From assembly GCA_035689325.1 (NCBI GenBank), contig DASSLQ010000194.1, forward strand, positions 499 through 64,498: a DNA stretch of 64,000 nucleotides, given 5' to 3'. Below, piece by piece: positions 34,497 through 42,889 of the stretch. Made by a program: the position numbers and the translations under genes. The notes under the pieces are model-generated. The model did not search any database. It was not told the origin of the DNA and was given only the letters and a program-made list of their open reading frames with translations. This stretch comes from Burkholderiales bacterium (GTDB taxonomy: Bacteria > Pseudomonadota > Gammaproteobacteria > Burkholderiales > SG8-39). Positions within the stretch are counted from its first letter, which is position 1. Each line of letters opens with the position of its first letter.

Positions 34497-36271
34497 GCAC
34501 CTACCAAGCGCCGCTCAAGGACATGAAGTTCGTGCTGCACGAGCTCGCCGGGCTTGAACAGCTGGCCAAGCTCCCGGGCTATGAAGAGGCCTCGCCCGAC
34601 ACGGTCGACGCCATCTTAGAGGAAGCTGCGAAGTTTGCGACGGGAGTCCTTGATCCGATTAACTATTCTGGCGATCAGGAAGGCTCGACATGGGCCGATG
34701 GCGCGGTGCGCACGCCCAAGGGCTTCCGTGAAGCTTATACGCAGTTCTGCGAGGGCGGCTGGAACGCGCTGCCGTTCGAGGCCGAATGGGGCGGGCAGGG
34801 ACTGCCGCGTCTCGTCTCGACGCCGGTGCAGGAAATGTGGAAGAGCGCGAATCTGAGCTTCTCGCTCTGCCCGCTGCTGACGCAGGGCGCGATCGAAGCG
34901 CTGCTCTTGCGCGGCTCGGAGGAGCTCAAGCGCCGCTACCTGCCGAAGATGGTGGCGGGTAGCTGGACCGGCACCATGAACCTCACCGAGCCGCAAGCCG
35001 GCTCGGATCTTTCGCTCGTGCGCACGCGCGCGGAGCGCCAGGGCGATCACTACCTCATCTCTGGCCAGAAGATCTTCATCACCTACGGCGAGCATGACCT
35101 CGCGGAGAACATCGTGCACCTCGTGCTCGCACGCACGCCCGAGGCGCCGGAGGGGGTGAAGGGCATCTCGCTCTTCGTCGTGCCGAAGTTCATTCCGAAC
35201 GAGGACGGCAAGGCGGGCAAGCGCAACAGCGCGAAATGCGCCTCCATCGAGCACAAGCTCGGCATCCACGCGAGCCCGACCGCCGTCATGGTCTACGACA
35301 AGGCCGTGGGCTACCTCGTCGGCGAGGAGAACCGGGGCCTCGAATACATGTTCATCATGATGAACGCCGCGCGCTTCGCGGTGGGCCTGGAGGGCGTGGC
35401 GATTGCGGAGCGCGCCTTCCAGCGGGCCCTGGCGTTCGCCAAGGAACGCATCCAGGGCCGCGATCTCGTCCAGGGCGGCAAGCCCGTGCCAATCATTCGC
35501 CACCCGGACGTGCGCCGCATGCTGATGCTGATGAAGGCACAGACCGAGGCGATGCGCGCGCTCGCGTACACGACGGCAGCGGCCATGGACTACGCGCGCA
35601 AGCACCCGGACGCGGAAGCGCGCAAGCGCCACCAGGGGCTCGTCGACCTGATGATCCCGGTGGTGAAGGGCTGGTCTACCGAGACCGGCATCGAAATCGC
35701 CTCGCTGGGCGTGCAGGTACACGGAGGCATGGGATTCGTGGAGGAGACAGGTGCCGCGCAGTACCTGCGCGACGCACGCATCACCACCATCTACGAAGGC
35801 ACCACCGGCATCCAGGCGATGGACCTGGTTGGGCGCAAGATCGCGCGCGAGGCGGGCGCGACCGCAAAGGCATGGCTCGCCTCGCTCACGGCGCTCGACG
35901 CGGAGCTCGCCAAGTCGGCGAACGCCGACGTCAAGGCGCTGCGCGCCGAGCTCGCGCAAGGCGTGCAGGCGGTGAGCGATTGCGTGAACTACATCGTCGA
36001 GAGCAAGGACCCGCGCGCCACCTTCGCCGGCGCGGTGCCGTTCCTCAAGCTCATGGGCATCGTCGCCGGCGGCTGGCAGATGGCGCGCGCGGCGCTCGCG
36101 GCGGAGCGGCGCTTGAGCTCCGGGGACAAGGACTTCCTGCAGGCCAAGATCGCGACCGCACGGTTCTACGGCGATCATGTGCTGGTGCAGGCAAGCGCGC
36201 TGCGCGACACGGTGGTGAAAGGCGCGGCCGGGGTGCTGGCGGTTCCGGAAGAGCAGTTCCTCGCTGCGTAG
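34493..36271 (+). CDS. Large acyl-CoA dehydrogenase (about 590 aa, with the C-terminal extension domain)
   Basis: It has an ATGA overlap with etfA. The product includes [18 protein letters not shown] and NLTEPQAGSDLSLVRTRAERQGD. Confidence 0.9.
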   Translation: MSTYQAPLKDMKFVLHELAGLEQLAKLPGYEEASPDTVDAILEEAAKFATGVLDPINYSGDQEGSTWADGAVRTPKGFREAYTQFCEGGWNALPFEAEWGGQGLPRLVSTPVQEMWKSANLSFSLCPLLTQGAIEALLLRGSEELKRRYLPKMVAGSWTGTMNLTEPQAGSDLSLVRTRAERQGDHYLISGQKIFITYGEHDLAENIVHLVLARTPEAPEGVKGISLFVVPKFIPNEDGKAGKRNSAKCASIEHKLGIHASPTAVMVYDKAVGYLVGEENRGLEYMFIMMNAARFAVGLEGVAIAERAFQRALAFAKERIQGRDLVQGGKPVPIIRHPDVRRMLMLMKAQTEAMRALAYTTAAAMDYARKHPDAEARKRHQGLVDLMIPVVKGWSTETGIEIASLGVQVHGGMGFVEETGAAQYLRDARITTIYEGTTGIQAMDLVGRKIAREAGATAKAWLASLTALDAELAKSANADVKALRAELAQGVQAVSDCVNYIVESKDPRATFAGAVPFLKLMGIVAGGWQMARAALAAERRLSSGDKDFLQAKIATARFYGDHVLVQASALRDTVVKGAAGVLAVPEEQFLAA

Positions 36272-38012
36272 GCTCGTCCTCCTTCTAGCGCTCGTCGCGG
36301 CGCCGGCATTCGCGGCCGAGCGCACGCTCGCGGACTTCTTCCGCGAGTTCACCGACGAATGGATGCGTGGCGACCCGAACCGCGCGGCGGCGACACGCTA
36401 TTTCTCGGGCGAGGAGCAGGCGGCGCTCGAGCGCCAGCTCACGCCCGAGACCCGCGCCTGGCGCCACCAGCGCGTCGAGCTCGCGCGCAAAGGGCTCGCC
36501 CAGCTCGCGACATTCGATGCCCGGAAGATGTCGCGCGACGAGCGCGTCTCTGCCGATTTGATGCGCTGGCAGCTCTCGCAATTGATCGAGGGCGAGGCGT
36601 ACGAGGACTATCGCTTCCCTCTCGACCAGTTCAACGGTCCCAACGTCTCGCTCGCCAACACGCTTACCGTGCAACACCCGATGCGCACGCCGGCCGATGC
36701 GCGCAACTACGTCGCGCGGCTCGGGCAGGTGCGGCTGCGCATGGAGGAGGCGATCGCCGAGTCGGAACGCCTCGCCGCGAAGCGCATGATCCCGCCGCGC
36801 TTCATCCTGCGCTCCACGCTCGCGCAGATGGAGCACTTCATCGGCACGCCGCCTGCGCAGAACCCGCTGGTCGCGATTTACGCCGAGCGCATGGCGGCGA
36901 TCGATGGGCTGCGCGCCGAGGAGCGCGACGCACTCAAAGCACAGGCCGAGCGCATCGTCGCCACCGACGTGTACCCGGCGTGGAAGAAGGCGATCGCGCT
37001 GCTCGAGTCACTCGTGCCGCGTGCGACCGATGATGCAGGGCTGTGGCGTTTCCCCGGCGGCGACAAGGCCTATGCCTACGACTTGCGCCGCTTTACGACC
37101 ACCAACCTCTCGCCGCAGGCCATCCATGACATCGGTCTGCGCGAAGTGGCGCGCATCGAGGGCGAGATGGAGAAGGTGCTGCAGCGCCTGGGTCGCACGC
37201 AGGGCGCGCTCAAGGAACGCACCAAGGCGCTCGAGCGTGAGCTCGCTTACCCGAATACCGACGCAGGGCGCGCCGCGATCATGGCCGACATCGAGCGCAT
37301 CCTGCGCGATGCCGAGAAGCGCGCGGCGGCGCTCTTTGCCGAGACGCCGAGGGCGCCGGTCATCGCGCGCCCCTATCCGCAGTTCCGCTGGGCAAGCGCC
37401 GCCGCGAGCTACAGCTTCCCGGCGCCGGACGGCTCGCGGCCGGGGACCTTCCAGATGCCGCTGCGTCCTTCGCAGCTCACGCGCTACGGGCTGCGCACGC
37501 TCGTCTATCACGAGACCGTGCCCGGCCATCACTTCCAGATCGCGCTCGAGCAGGAGAACCGCGCGCTGCCGCGCTTCCGGCAGCTGCGCGCCTACGGCTT
37601 CATCTCCGCGTATGGCGAAGGCTGGGCACTGTACGCCGAGCGTTTAGCCGCGGAGACGGGCTGGTACGAGGGCGATCCGGAAGGACTGCTCGGCCAGCTC
37701 GAGGCCGAGCTGTTCCGCGCGCGGCGCCTGGTGGTCGACACGGGGCTGCATGCGAAGCGCTGGACGCGCGAGCAGGCGATCGGCTATGGCATCGGCCCGA
37801 GCGAGGTCGAGCGCTATGTGGTGTATCCCGGGCAGGCCTGCTCGTACAAGCTCGGAGAGCTCAAGATCCTCGAGCTGCGCGAGCGCGCGCGCGCCGCGCT
37901 CGGCAGTCGCTACTCGCCGAAGGAATTCCATCGCGCGGTGCTCGGCACCGGAACCGTGCCGCTCGAGCTGCTCGAGCGGGAGATCGACACCTATATCGCG
38001 GCAGCGAAGTAG
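36264..38012 (+). CDS. DUF885-family protein, probably secreted; start codon unresolved
   Basis: The first ATG is at 36363, but a signal-peptide-like stretch and the conserved N-terminus (RRLVLLLALVAAPAFAAERTLADFFREFTDEW) are encoded upstream in frame. The only candidate start there is CTG 36264. The C-terminal part has HETVPGHHFQ. Confidence 0.75.
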   Translation: MRRLVLLLALVAAPAFAAERTLADFFREFTDEWMRGDPNRAAATRYFSGEEQAALERQLTPETRAWRHQRVELARKGLAQLATFDARKMSRDERVSADLMRWQLSQLIEGEAYEDYRFPLDQFNGPNVSLANTLTVQHPMRTPADARNYVARLGQVRLRMEEAIAESERLAAKRMIPPRFILRSTLAQMEHFIGTPPAQNPLVAIYAERMAAIDGLRAEERDALKAQAERIVATDVYPAWKKAIALLESLVPRATDDAGLWRFPGGDKAYAYDLRRFTTTNLSPQAIHDIGLREVARIEGEMEKVLQRLGRTQGALKERTKALERELAYPNTDAGRAAIMADIERILRDAEKRAAALFAETPRAPVIARPYPQFRWASAAASYSFPAPDGSRPGTFQMPLRPSQLTRYGLRTLVYHETVPGHHFQIALEQENRALPRFRQLRAYGFISAYGEGWALYAERLAAETGWYEGDPEGLLGQLEAELFRARRLVVDTGLHAKRWTREQAIGYGIGPSEVERYVVYPGQACSYKLGELKILELRERARAALGSRYSPKEFHRAVLGTGTVPLELLEREIDTYIAAAK

Positions 38013-38018
38013 CCGGAT

Positions 38019-39548
38019 CTAGGCTTTCGCGCGCAGGCCGAAGAAGCGGCGGATGCGGCTGAGGAGATCGGCCTGCTCGGTCGGCACCTGCATCGGCTGG
38101 GTCGTCCAGACCTCGCGGATCTTCTCGAGCTCGGGCCGGCGCGAGGCGATGACGCGCGCGATGCCCTCCGCGATCTCGGGCCGCCCGAGCAGCAGGCCCT
38201 GGAACGACTTGCCGTCGAGCCGATAACACTCGACGTCGCTCTTCGCCACCACGGTGGCGCTCCTTGCATCGCCGGTGAGAAGCGCCATCTCGCCGAAGAA
38301 CTGCCCGGCGCGCAGCGTGCTTACCGTCTGCGGCACGGCGTTCGGCGGCTCGTAGCGCACGTCGACCTCGCCGAACATGATGATGTAGAGCCAGTGCGCG
38401 ATGTTGCCCTGCTTGGTGATGACGTCGCCGCGCGCGAACGGCGCGTACTGCAGGCGCTCGGCGAGCTCGTTCATCTCGTCCTCCGAGAGCACCGAGAAGA
38501 GGTCCACCTGCCGCAGCAGGTCGAGGCGCCGGCCGAGCTCGCGCTTGCGCACGACGTCGGCGTGCGCCTCGTCGCGCGACACGGCGTGCACCGTGCGCTG
38601 CTCCTCCGCGATGCGGATACCGGCGCGCTGCAGCGAGGCGAAGAGATGCACGCGCACCATCGAGTCGGTCATCTCGTCTTCCAGCAGATCGGTGAGGAAA
38701 TAGCGCAGCTCGTACTCCAGGTTGCCGGCGACGAAGCCGTGCAGCACGGTCGTCGGTGCCGGGTGGCGCGCGACGTTCGCGATCGGCACGTCGCGCATCT
38801 CCTCGTTGACGATGGCGATGATGCGCGCCGGCGGCACGCCCGGATCCACCATGAAGCGCAGTGCCCGGCGCCACTGCAGCGGCTGGCCCTCGCGCCGGCC
38901 GAGGATCGCGACGCGGCCCTTCATGATCGCGCTGTTCGGGATGACGATGGTCTCCCAGTTGCGCGTCTCGATCAGGATCGAGCGCCAGCGGATGTCGCGC
39001 ACCTGGCCGGTGAGCTCGTCGATGCGCACCCAGTCGCCGACCTGCACGGTGTGGTCGAGCTGGATCGAGAGGCCGCCGAGCAGGTTGCCGAGCGTGTCCT
39101 GCATGGCAAAGGCGATCACCGCCGTCAGGATCGCGGACGTCGTCACGATGCTCGAGAGATCCACACCCGCGCCGCGCAGCTGCGCGAAGCCGTAGATCAC
39201 GTAGAGGATCAGGATCACTACGTCCTCGACGATGCGCGGCAGCGCGCGGCCAATCACGGGAAGGAGCAGCCGGAAGAAGGCGAAGCCGGCGAGCCGGATG
39301 AGCGCGATCGCCGAGACGATGCGGAAAACCGTGTGCACCCCGGAGGCGGCAGCCGGCGCGAGGCTCTCGAGCACGACGCTCGCCGCCTGGCCGAAAACGC
39401 CGATGAGGAAGAACCACAGCGTGTTGAGATAGACCGAGCGGTCGAGCGGCCGCAAGCGCAGCAGCAGCCCCGTGAGGGCGAGTGCCAGCAGCGTCAGCCA
39501 TCCCACTTCGGAGTGCAGCAGCGCGTTCAGGCTGTAGCGCTCGGCCAT
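38019..39548 (-). CDS. MscS-family mechanosensitive channel with a C-terminal cyclic-nucleotide-binding domain
   Basis: ATG 39548 (MAERYSLNALL...) overlaps the upstream stop (ATGA). The MscS core is AFAMQDTLGNLLGGLSIQLDHTVQVGDWV. The cNMP motif is FFGEMALLTGDARSATVVA. Confidence 0.85.
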   Translation of the reverse strand: MAERYSLNALLHSEVGWLTLLALALTGLLLRLRPLDRSVYLNTLWFFLIGVFGQAASVVLESLAPAAASGVHTVFRIVSAIALIRLAGFAFFRLLLPVIGRALPRIVEDVVILILYVIYGFAQLRGAGVDLSSIVTTSAILTAVIAFAMQDTLGNLLGGLSIQLDHTVQVGDWVRIDELTGQVRDIRWRSILIETRNWETIVIPNSAIMKGRVAILGRREGQPLQWRRALRFMVDPGVPPARIIAIVNEEMRDVPIANVARHPAPTTVLHGFVAGNLEYELRYFLTDLLEDEMTDSMVRVHLFASLQRAGIRIAEEQRTVHAVSRDEAHADVVRKRELGRRLDLLRQVDLFSVLSEDEMNELAERLQYAPFARGDVITKQGNIAHWLYIIMFGEVDVRYEPPNAVPQTVSTLRAGQFFGEMALLTGDARSATVVAKSDVECYRLDGKSFQGLLLGRPEIAEGIARVIASRRPELEKIREVWTTQPMQVPTEQADLLSRIRRFFGLRAKA

Positions 39549-39883
39549 CAGAACTTGATCCGGCCCCGCAGCATCTCGCCCCACATCACCCAGTCGCCGA
39601 GGAAGCTATAGACCGGGTAGGTGAACGTGGCCGGCTTGTTCTTCTCGAAAAAGAAGTGCCCGACCCAGGCGGCCGCGTAGCCGGCGACGATACCGGCCAG
39701 AAGCCACCAGAAATTCAGGGTCGCCACCGCGGTGATGACACCGGCGAGGCCGAGCGTAGTCCCGAGGAAGTGCAGCCGCCGGCAGGTGCGGTCTGCATGC
39801 TGCGATAGATAAAAGGGATAAAACGCGCCAAAACTGCGGTATGCCTCGGCGCTTGCGGACGCCGTATTTTCATCCCTACCCAC
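39548..39883 (-). CDS. DUF962 (Mpo1-like) small membrane protein
   Basis: The conserved part is FGAFYPFYLSQHADRTCRRLHFLGTTLG...HFFFEKNKPATF. GTG 39883 is preferred as the start because TACAAT lies 7 nt upstream. The tracked ATG at 39955 would overlap the divergent gene. Confidence 0.7.
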   Translation of the reverse strand: MGRDENTASASAEAYRSFGAFYPFYLSQHADRTCRRLHFLGTTLGLAGVITAVATLNFWWLLAGIVAGYAAAWVGHFFFEKNKPATFTYPVYSFLGDWVMWGEMLRGRIKF

Positions 39884-39938
39884 GTCGCCGATTGTACCGG
39901 GTCGGAACAATCGTGCCGCGCTCGGGTCGGATAGCCTA

Positions 39939-42176
39939 GTGGCAAGAATCCTCATCGCGGACGATCACCGCGCGAACCGCGACGCACTTGCGGCGCTGCT
40001 TGAAATCGCCGGCCACGAGGTCCTGAGCGCGGCGGAGGGCAACAAGGCGCTCGAGCTCGCGCGCAGCCACCGCCCGGAGCTGGTCATCACCGACGTGCTG
40101 ATGCCCGTCATGGACGGCTACGAGCTGACCCGGCGCCTGAAGCTCGAGCCGTCCACGGCCGGCATCAGTGTGATGTTCTACACAGCTTATTTCGGCGGCC
40201 AGGACGCAAAAGAGCTCGCATCCGCGCTCGGCGTGGCGCGCGTGCTGGTCAAGCCCTCCGACAACGCCGCGATCGTGCGCGCGGTGGAGGAAGTGCTCTC
40301 GGCGCGCCCGGCCGTGCCGGCCGACCCGCGCGCCGACCTCGAGCGCGAGCACCTGCGCCTGATGGTCGACCAGCTGCTCGAGAAGACCGGGACGCTCGAA
40401 GCCCAGCAGCAGCGCATCGAGCGCATGAACCGCACGCTCGCGATGCTATCGGCGATCAACGCACTCATCGTGCGGGCGGACGACCGCCAGGCGCTGCTCG
40501 AGGAAGCCTGCCGCATCGCCATCGACAAGGGCGGCTTCCGCCTCGCCGCCGTCGGGCTGTCGGATCGCAGCCGGCGCCTTGCGCTCGCCGCGCGCGCCGG
40601 CGAGGGCAACCCCGAGCGCGAGCTCGAGCGCCTGAAGATCGGCACGCAGGCGATGATCTGGAACGACGCCGAGAGCGGCTCGTTCGTCGCGCTGCCGCTC
40701 ATCGTGGCCGACCAGCCGGTGGGCGTGCTCCTGCTCTACGCGCGCGTGCGCGACTTCTTCGACGACGAAGAGATGCGGCTGCTGCACGAGCTGGCGGGCG
40801 ACATTTCGTTCGCGCTGCACCACCTCGAGCAGAAGGCCGAGATGGATTACCTCGCCTACCACGACTCGCTCACCGATCTGCCGAACCGCAGCCTGTTCAC
40901 CGACCGCATGACGCAGGCGCTGAACGCGGCGCGGCGCGAGAAGCGCTTCGCCGCCGCGGTGTTCGTCGATGTCGAGCGCTTTCGCATGGTGAACGAGACC
41001 TTCGGGCGCAAGGCGGGCGACGACCTGCTGCGCACGATCGGCGCGCGCCTGCGCGCGGCCGCGCGCGAGCAGGACTCGGTGGCGCGCATCGGCGCCGACC
41101 ACTTCGCCGTCGCGGTGGCGCCTTTCGACCGGCCGGGCGACACCACGCACTGGCTGATCGACCGCCTGGAGCAGGCCTTCACGCCGCCGATCACGATCGA
41201 CGGCGTCGAGCTGCGCGTGGCGCTCAAGGCCGGCATCGCCGTGTTCCCGGCCGACGGCGAGTCCACCGAGTCGCTCTGCGCGAACGCCGAGACCGCGCTC
41301 AGCAAGGCGAAGGAGCTCAACCAGCGCTACCTGTTCTACGCGCCGGAGATGAACGCTCGCGTCGCCGAGTCGCTCGCCATGGAGAACCGGCTGCGCCGCG
41401 CGCTGGAGGAGGGGCGTCTCGCGCTTCACTACCAGCCGAAGATCGACGTCAAGACGGGCGCGGTCGCCGGGCTCGAAGCGCTCATCCGCTGGATCGATCC
41501 GGAGCTCGGCACGGTGCCGCCGGCGAGGTTCGTGGGCCTGCTCGAGGAGACCGGCATGATCCTCGCCGCCGGCCGCTGGGCGCTGCGCCAGGCGGCGAGC
41601 GACATCCACCACTGGGAGTCGCTCGGCATCGCCGTGCCGCGCGTCGCCGTCAACGTGTCGGCGATCCAGCTCCGTCAGAAGGACTTCGTCGACTCGGTGC
41701 TCGATGCGATCGGCGGCGAAATGCGCGGCGGCCGCGCGCCGCTCATCGACCTCGAGATCACCGAGAGCGTATTGTTGGACGACATCGAGGAGAGCACGCG
41801 CAAGCTCCAGACGCTGCGGCGTGCCGGCATCGAAGTGTCGGTCGACGATTTCGGCACTGGCTACTGCTCGCTCAGCTACCTCGCGCGGCTGCCGGTGGAT
41901 ATGCTCAAGATCGATCGCAGCTTCGTGGTGCGCATGGGCGACGCCGGCTACCCGCGCAACATCGTGGCGATGATCGTGTCGCTCGCGCACACTTTAGGGC
42001 TAAAAGTCATTGCCGAAGGCGTCGAGGACACCGAGCAGGTGCATCTGCTGAAGGAGCTCGGCTGCGACCAGATCCAGGGCTATTACGTGAGCGCGCCGGT
42101 GCCGGCCCCGCAGATCGAGGCGCTCCTGCGCCCCGACGCCGGCAGGACCCTGCGCCACCGCATCGCTGCGGCCTGA
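39939..42176 (+). CDS. Response regulator with REC, GAF-like, degenerate GGDEF and EAL domains
   Basis: REC motifs are ILIADDH...ITDVLMPVMDG...VKP. The GGDEF site reads RIGADHF. EAL motifs are intact: EALIRW, DDFGTGYCSL, KIDRSFV and EGVE. Confidence 0.9.
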   Translation: MARILIADDHRANRDALAALLEIAGHEVLSAAEGNKALELARSHRPELVITDVLMPVMDGYELTRRLKLEPSTAGISVMFYTAYFGGQDAKELASALGVARVLVKPSDNAAIVRAVEEVLSARPAVPADPRADLEREHLRLMVDQLLEKTGTLEAQQQRIERMNRTLAMLSAINALIVRADDRQALLEEACRIAIDKGGFRLAAVGLSDRSRRLALAARAGEGNPERELERLKIGTQAMIWNDAESGSFVALPLIVADQPVGVLLLYARVRDFFDDEEMRLLHELAGDISFALHHLEQKAEMDYLAYHDSLTDLPNRSLFTDRMTQALNAARREKRFAAAVFVDVERFRMVNETFGRKAGDDLLRTIGARLRAAAREQDSVARIGADHFAVAVAPFDRPGDTTHWLIDRLEQAFTPPITIDGVELRVALKAGIAVFPADGESTESLCANAETALSKAKELNQRYLFYAPEMNARVAESLAMENRLRRALEEGRLALHYQPKIDVKTGAVAGLEALIRWIDPELGTVPPARFVGLLEETGMILAAGRWALRQAASDIHHWESLGIAVPRVAVNVSAIQLRQKDFVDSVLDAIGGEMRGGRAPLIDLEITESVLLDDIEESTRKLQTLRRAGIEVSVDDFGTGYCSLSYLARLPVDMLKIDRSFVVRMGDAGYPRNIVAMIVSLAHTLGLKVIAEGVEDTEQVHLLKELGCDQIQGYYVSAPVPAPQIEALLRPDAGRTLRHRIAAA

Positions 42177-42307
42177 TAGCTCGTTCGGGTTTTTCGTTGC
42201 CGCGTGTCGCATCGACTTGACACAGTGTCTCGAAGATTCGACGTCACGTTCTGAAGACAGCCGACTGGCAAGTCGCGCCCGGCTCCCTAAACTGCGCGAC
42301 GCTTGCG

Positions 42308-42889
42308 ATGAACGAAGGCGGCCACTTTTCTCTTTCTGTCCGGGCGGATGAGCGCGATGCGCTCATCACCGTCGTGGACGACGGCTCCGGAATCTCCGGC
42401 GCGCTGCTGCAGCGGGCTCTGGAGCTCGCGCTGAACCGCCGTCCGGGGGAACGCGCCTACACCGTGCGCATTCCGCTCGATGCCATCCCTCGGCCGGCGA
42501 GCGCGCCGCCGCTGACCTATGGCTCTTCGCCGCGCCGGCGCATCCTGGTGGTCGACGACAACATCGACGCCGGCCAGAGCCTCGCCATGCTGCTGCGGGA
42601 GCTCGGGCACGACGTCCAGGTCGCGCACGACGGCAACGCCGCGCTCGAGGCGGTGCGCATCAACCGCCCGCAGCTCGTGCTGCTCGACCTGAGCATGCCG
42701 GGCGTCGACGGCTATCGCGTGGTCATGCGCCTGAAGAGCGACCCGCAGCTTACGCGCGTGCGTTTCGTGGCCGTCACCGGCTCGCAGGGCGACGAGGCGC
42801 GCTGCCGGTGCCGCGAAGCCGGCTTCGACGAGTACCTGGTGAAGCCGGTCGCATTTGCGACGTTGCGCGAACTGCTCGCGCGGCTCTAG
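42308..42889 (+). CDS. Receiver domain preceded by a truncated HATPase_c remnant (probable relic of a hybrid histidine kinase)
   Basis: The N-terminal ~75 aa contain only the G1-box region (ITVVDDGSGISGALLQRALE). No HisKA, H-box or N-box is present. The REC is intact (ILVVDDN...LLDLSMPGVDG...VKP). Confidence 0.7.
   Translation: MNEGGHFSLSVRADERDALITVVDDGSGISGALLQRALELALNRRPGERAYTVRIPLDAIPRPASAPPLTYGSSPRRRILVVDDNIDAGQSLAMLLRELGHDVQVAHDGNAALEAVRINRPQLVLLDLSMPGVDGYRVVMRLKSDPQLTRVRFVAVTGSQGDEARCRCREAGFDEYLVKPVAFATLRELLARL

Noticed and set aside
42287-42628. A minus-strand 113-aa ORF overlapping the HK-remnant-REC gene
   Set aside because: It is antisense to an intact receiver-domain sequence, and its translation has no recognisable features.
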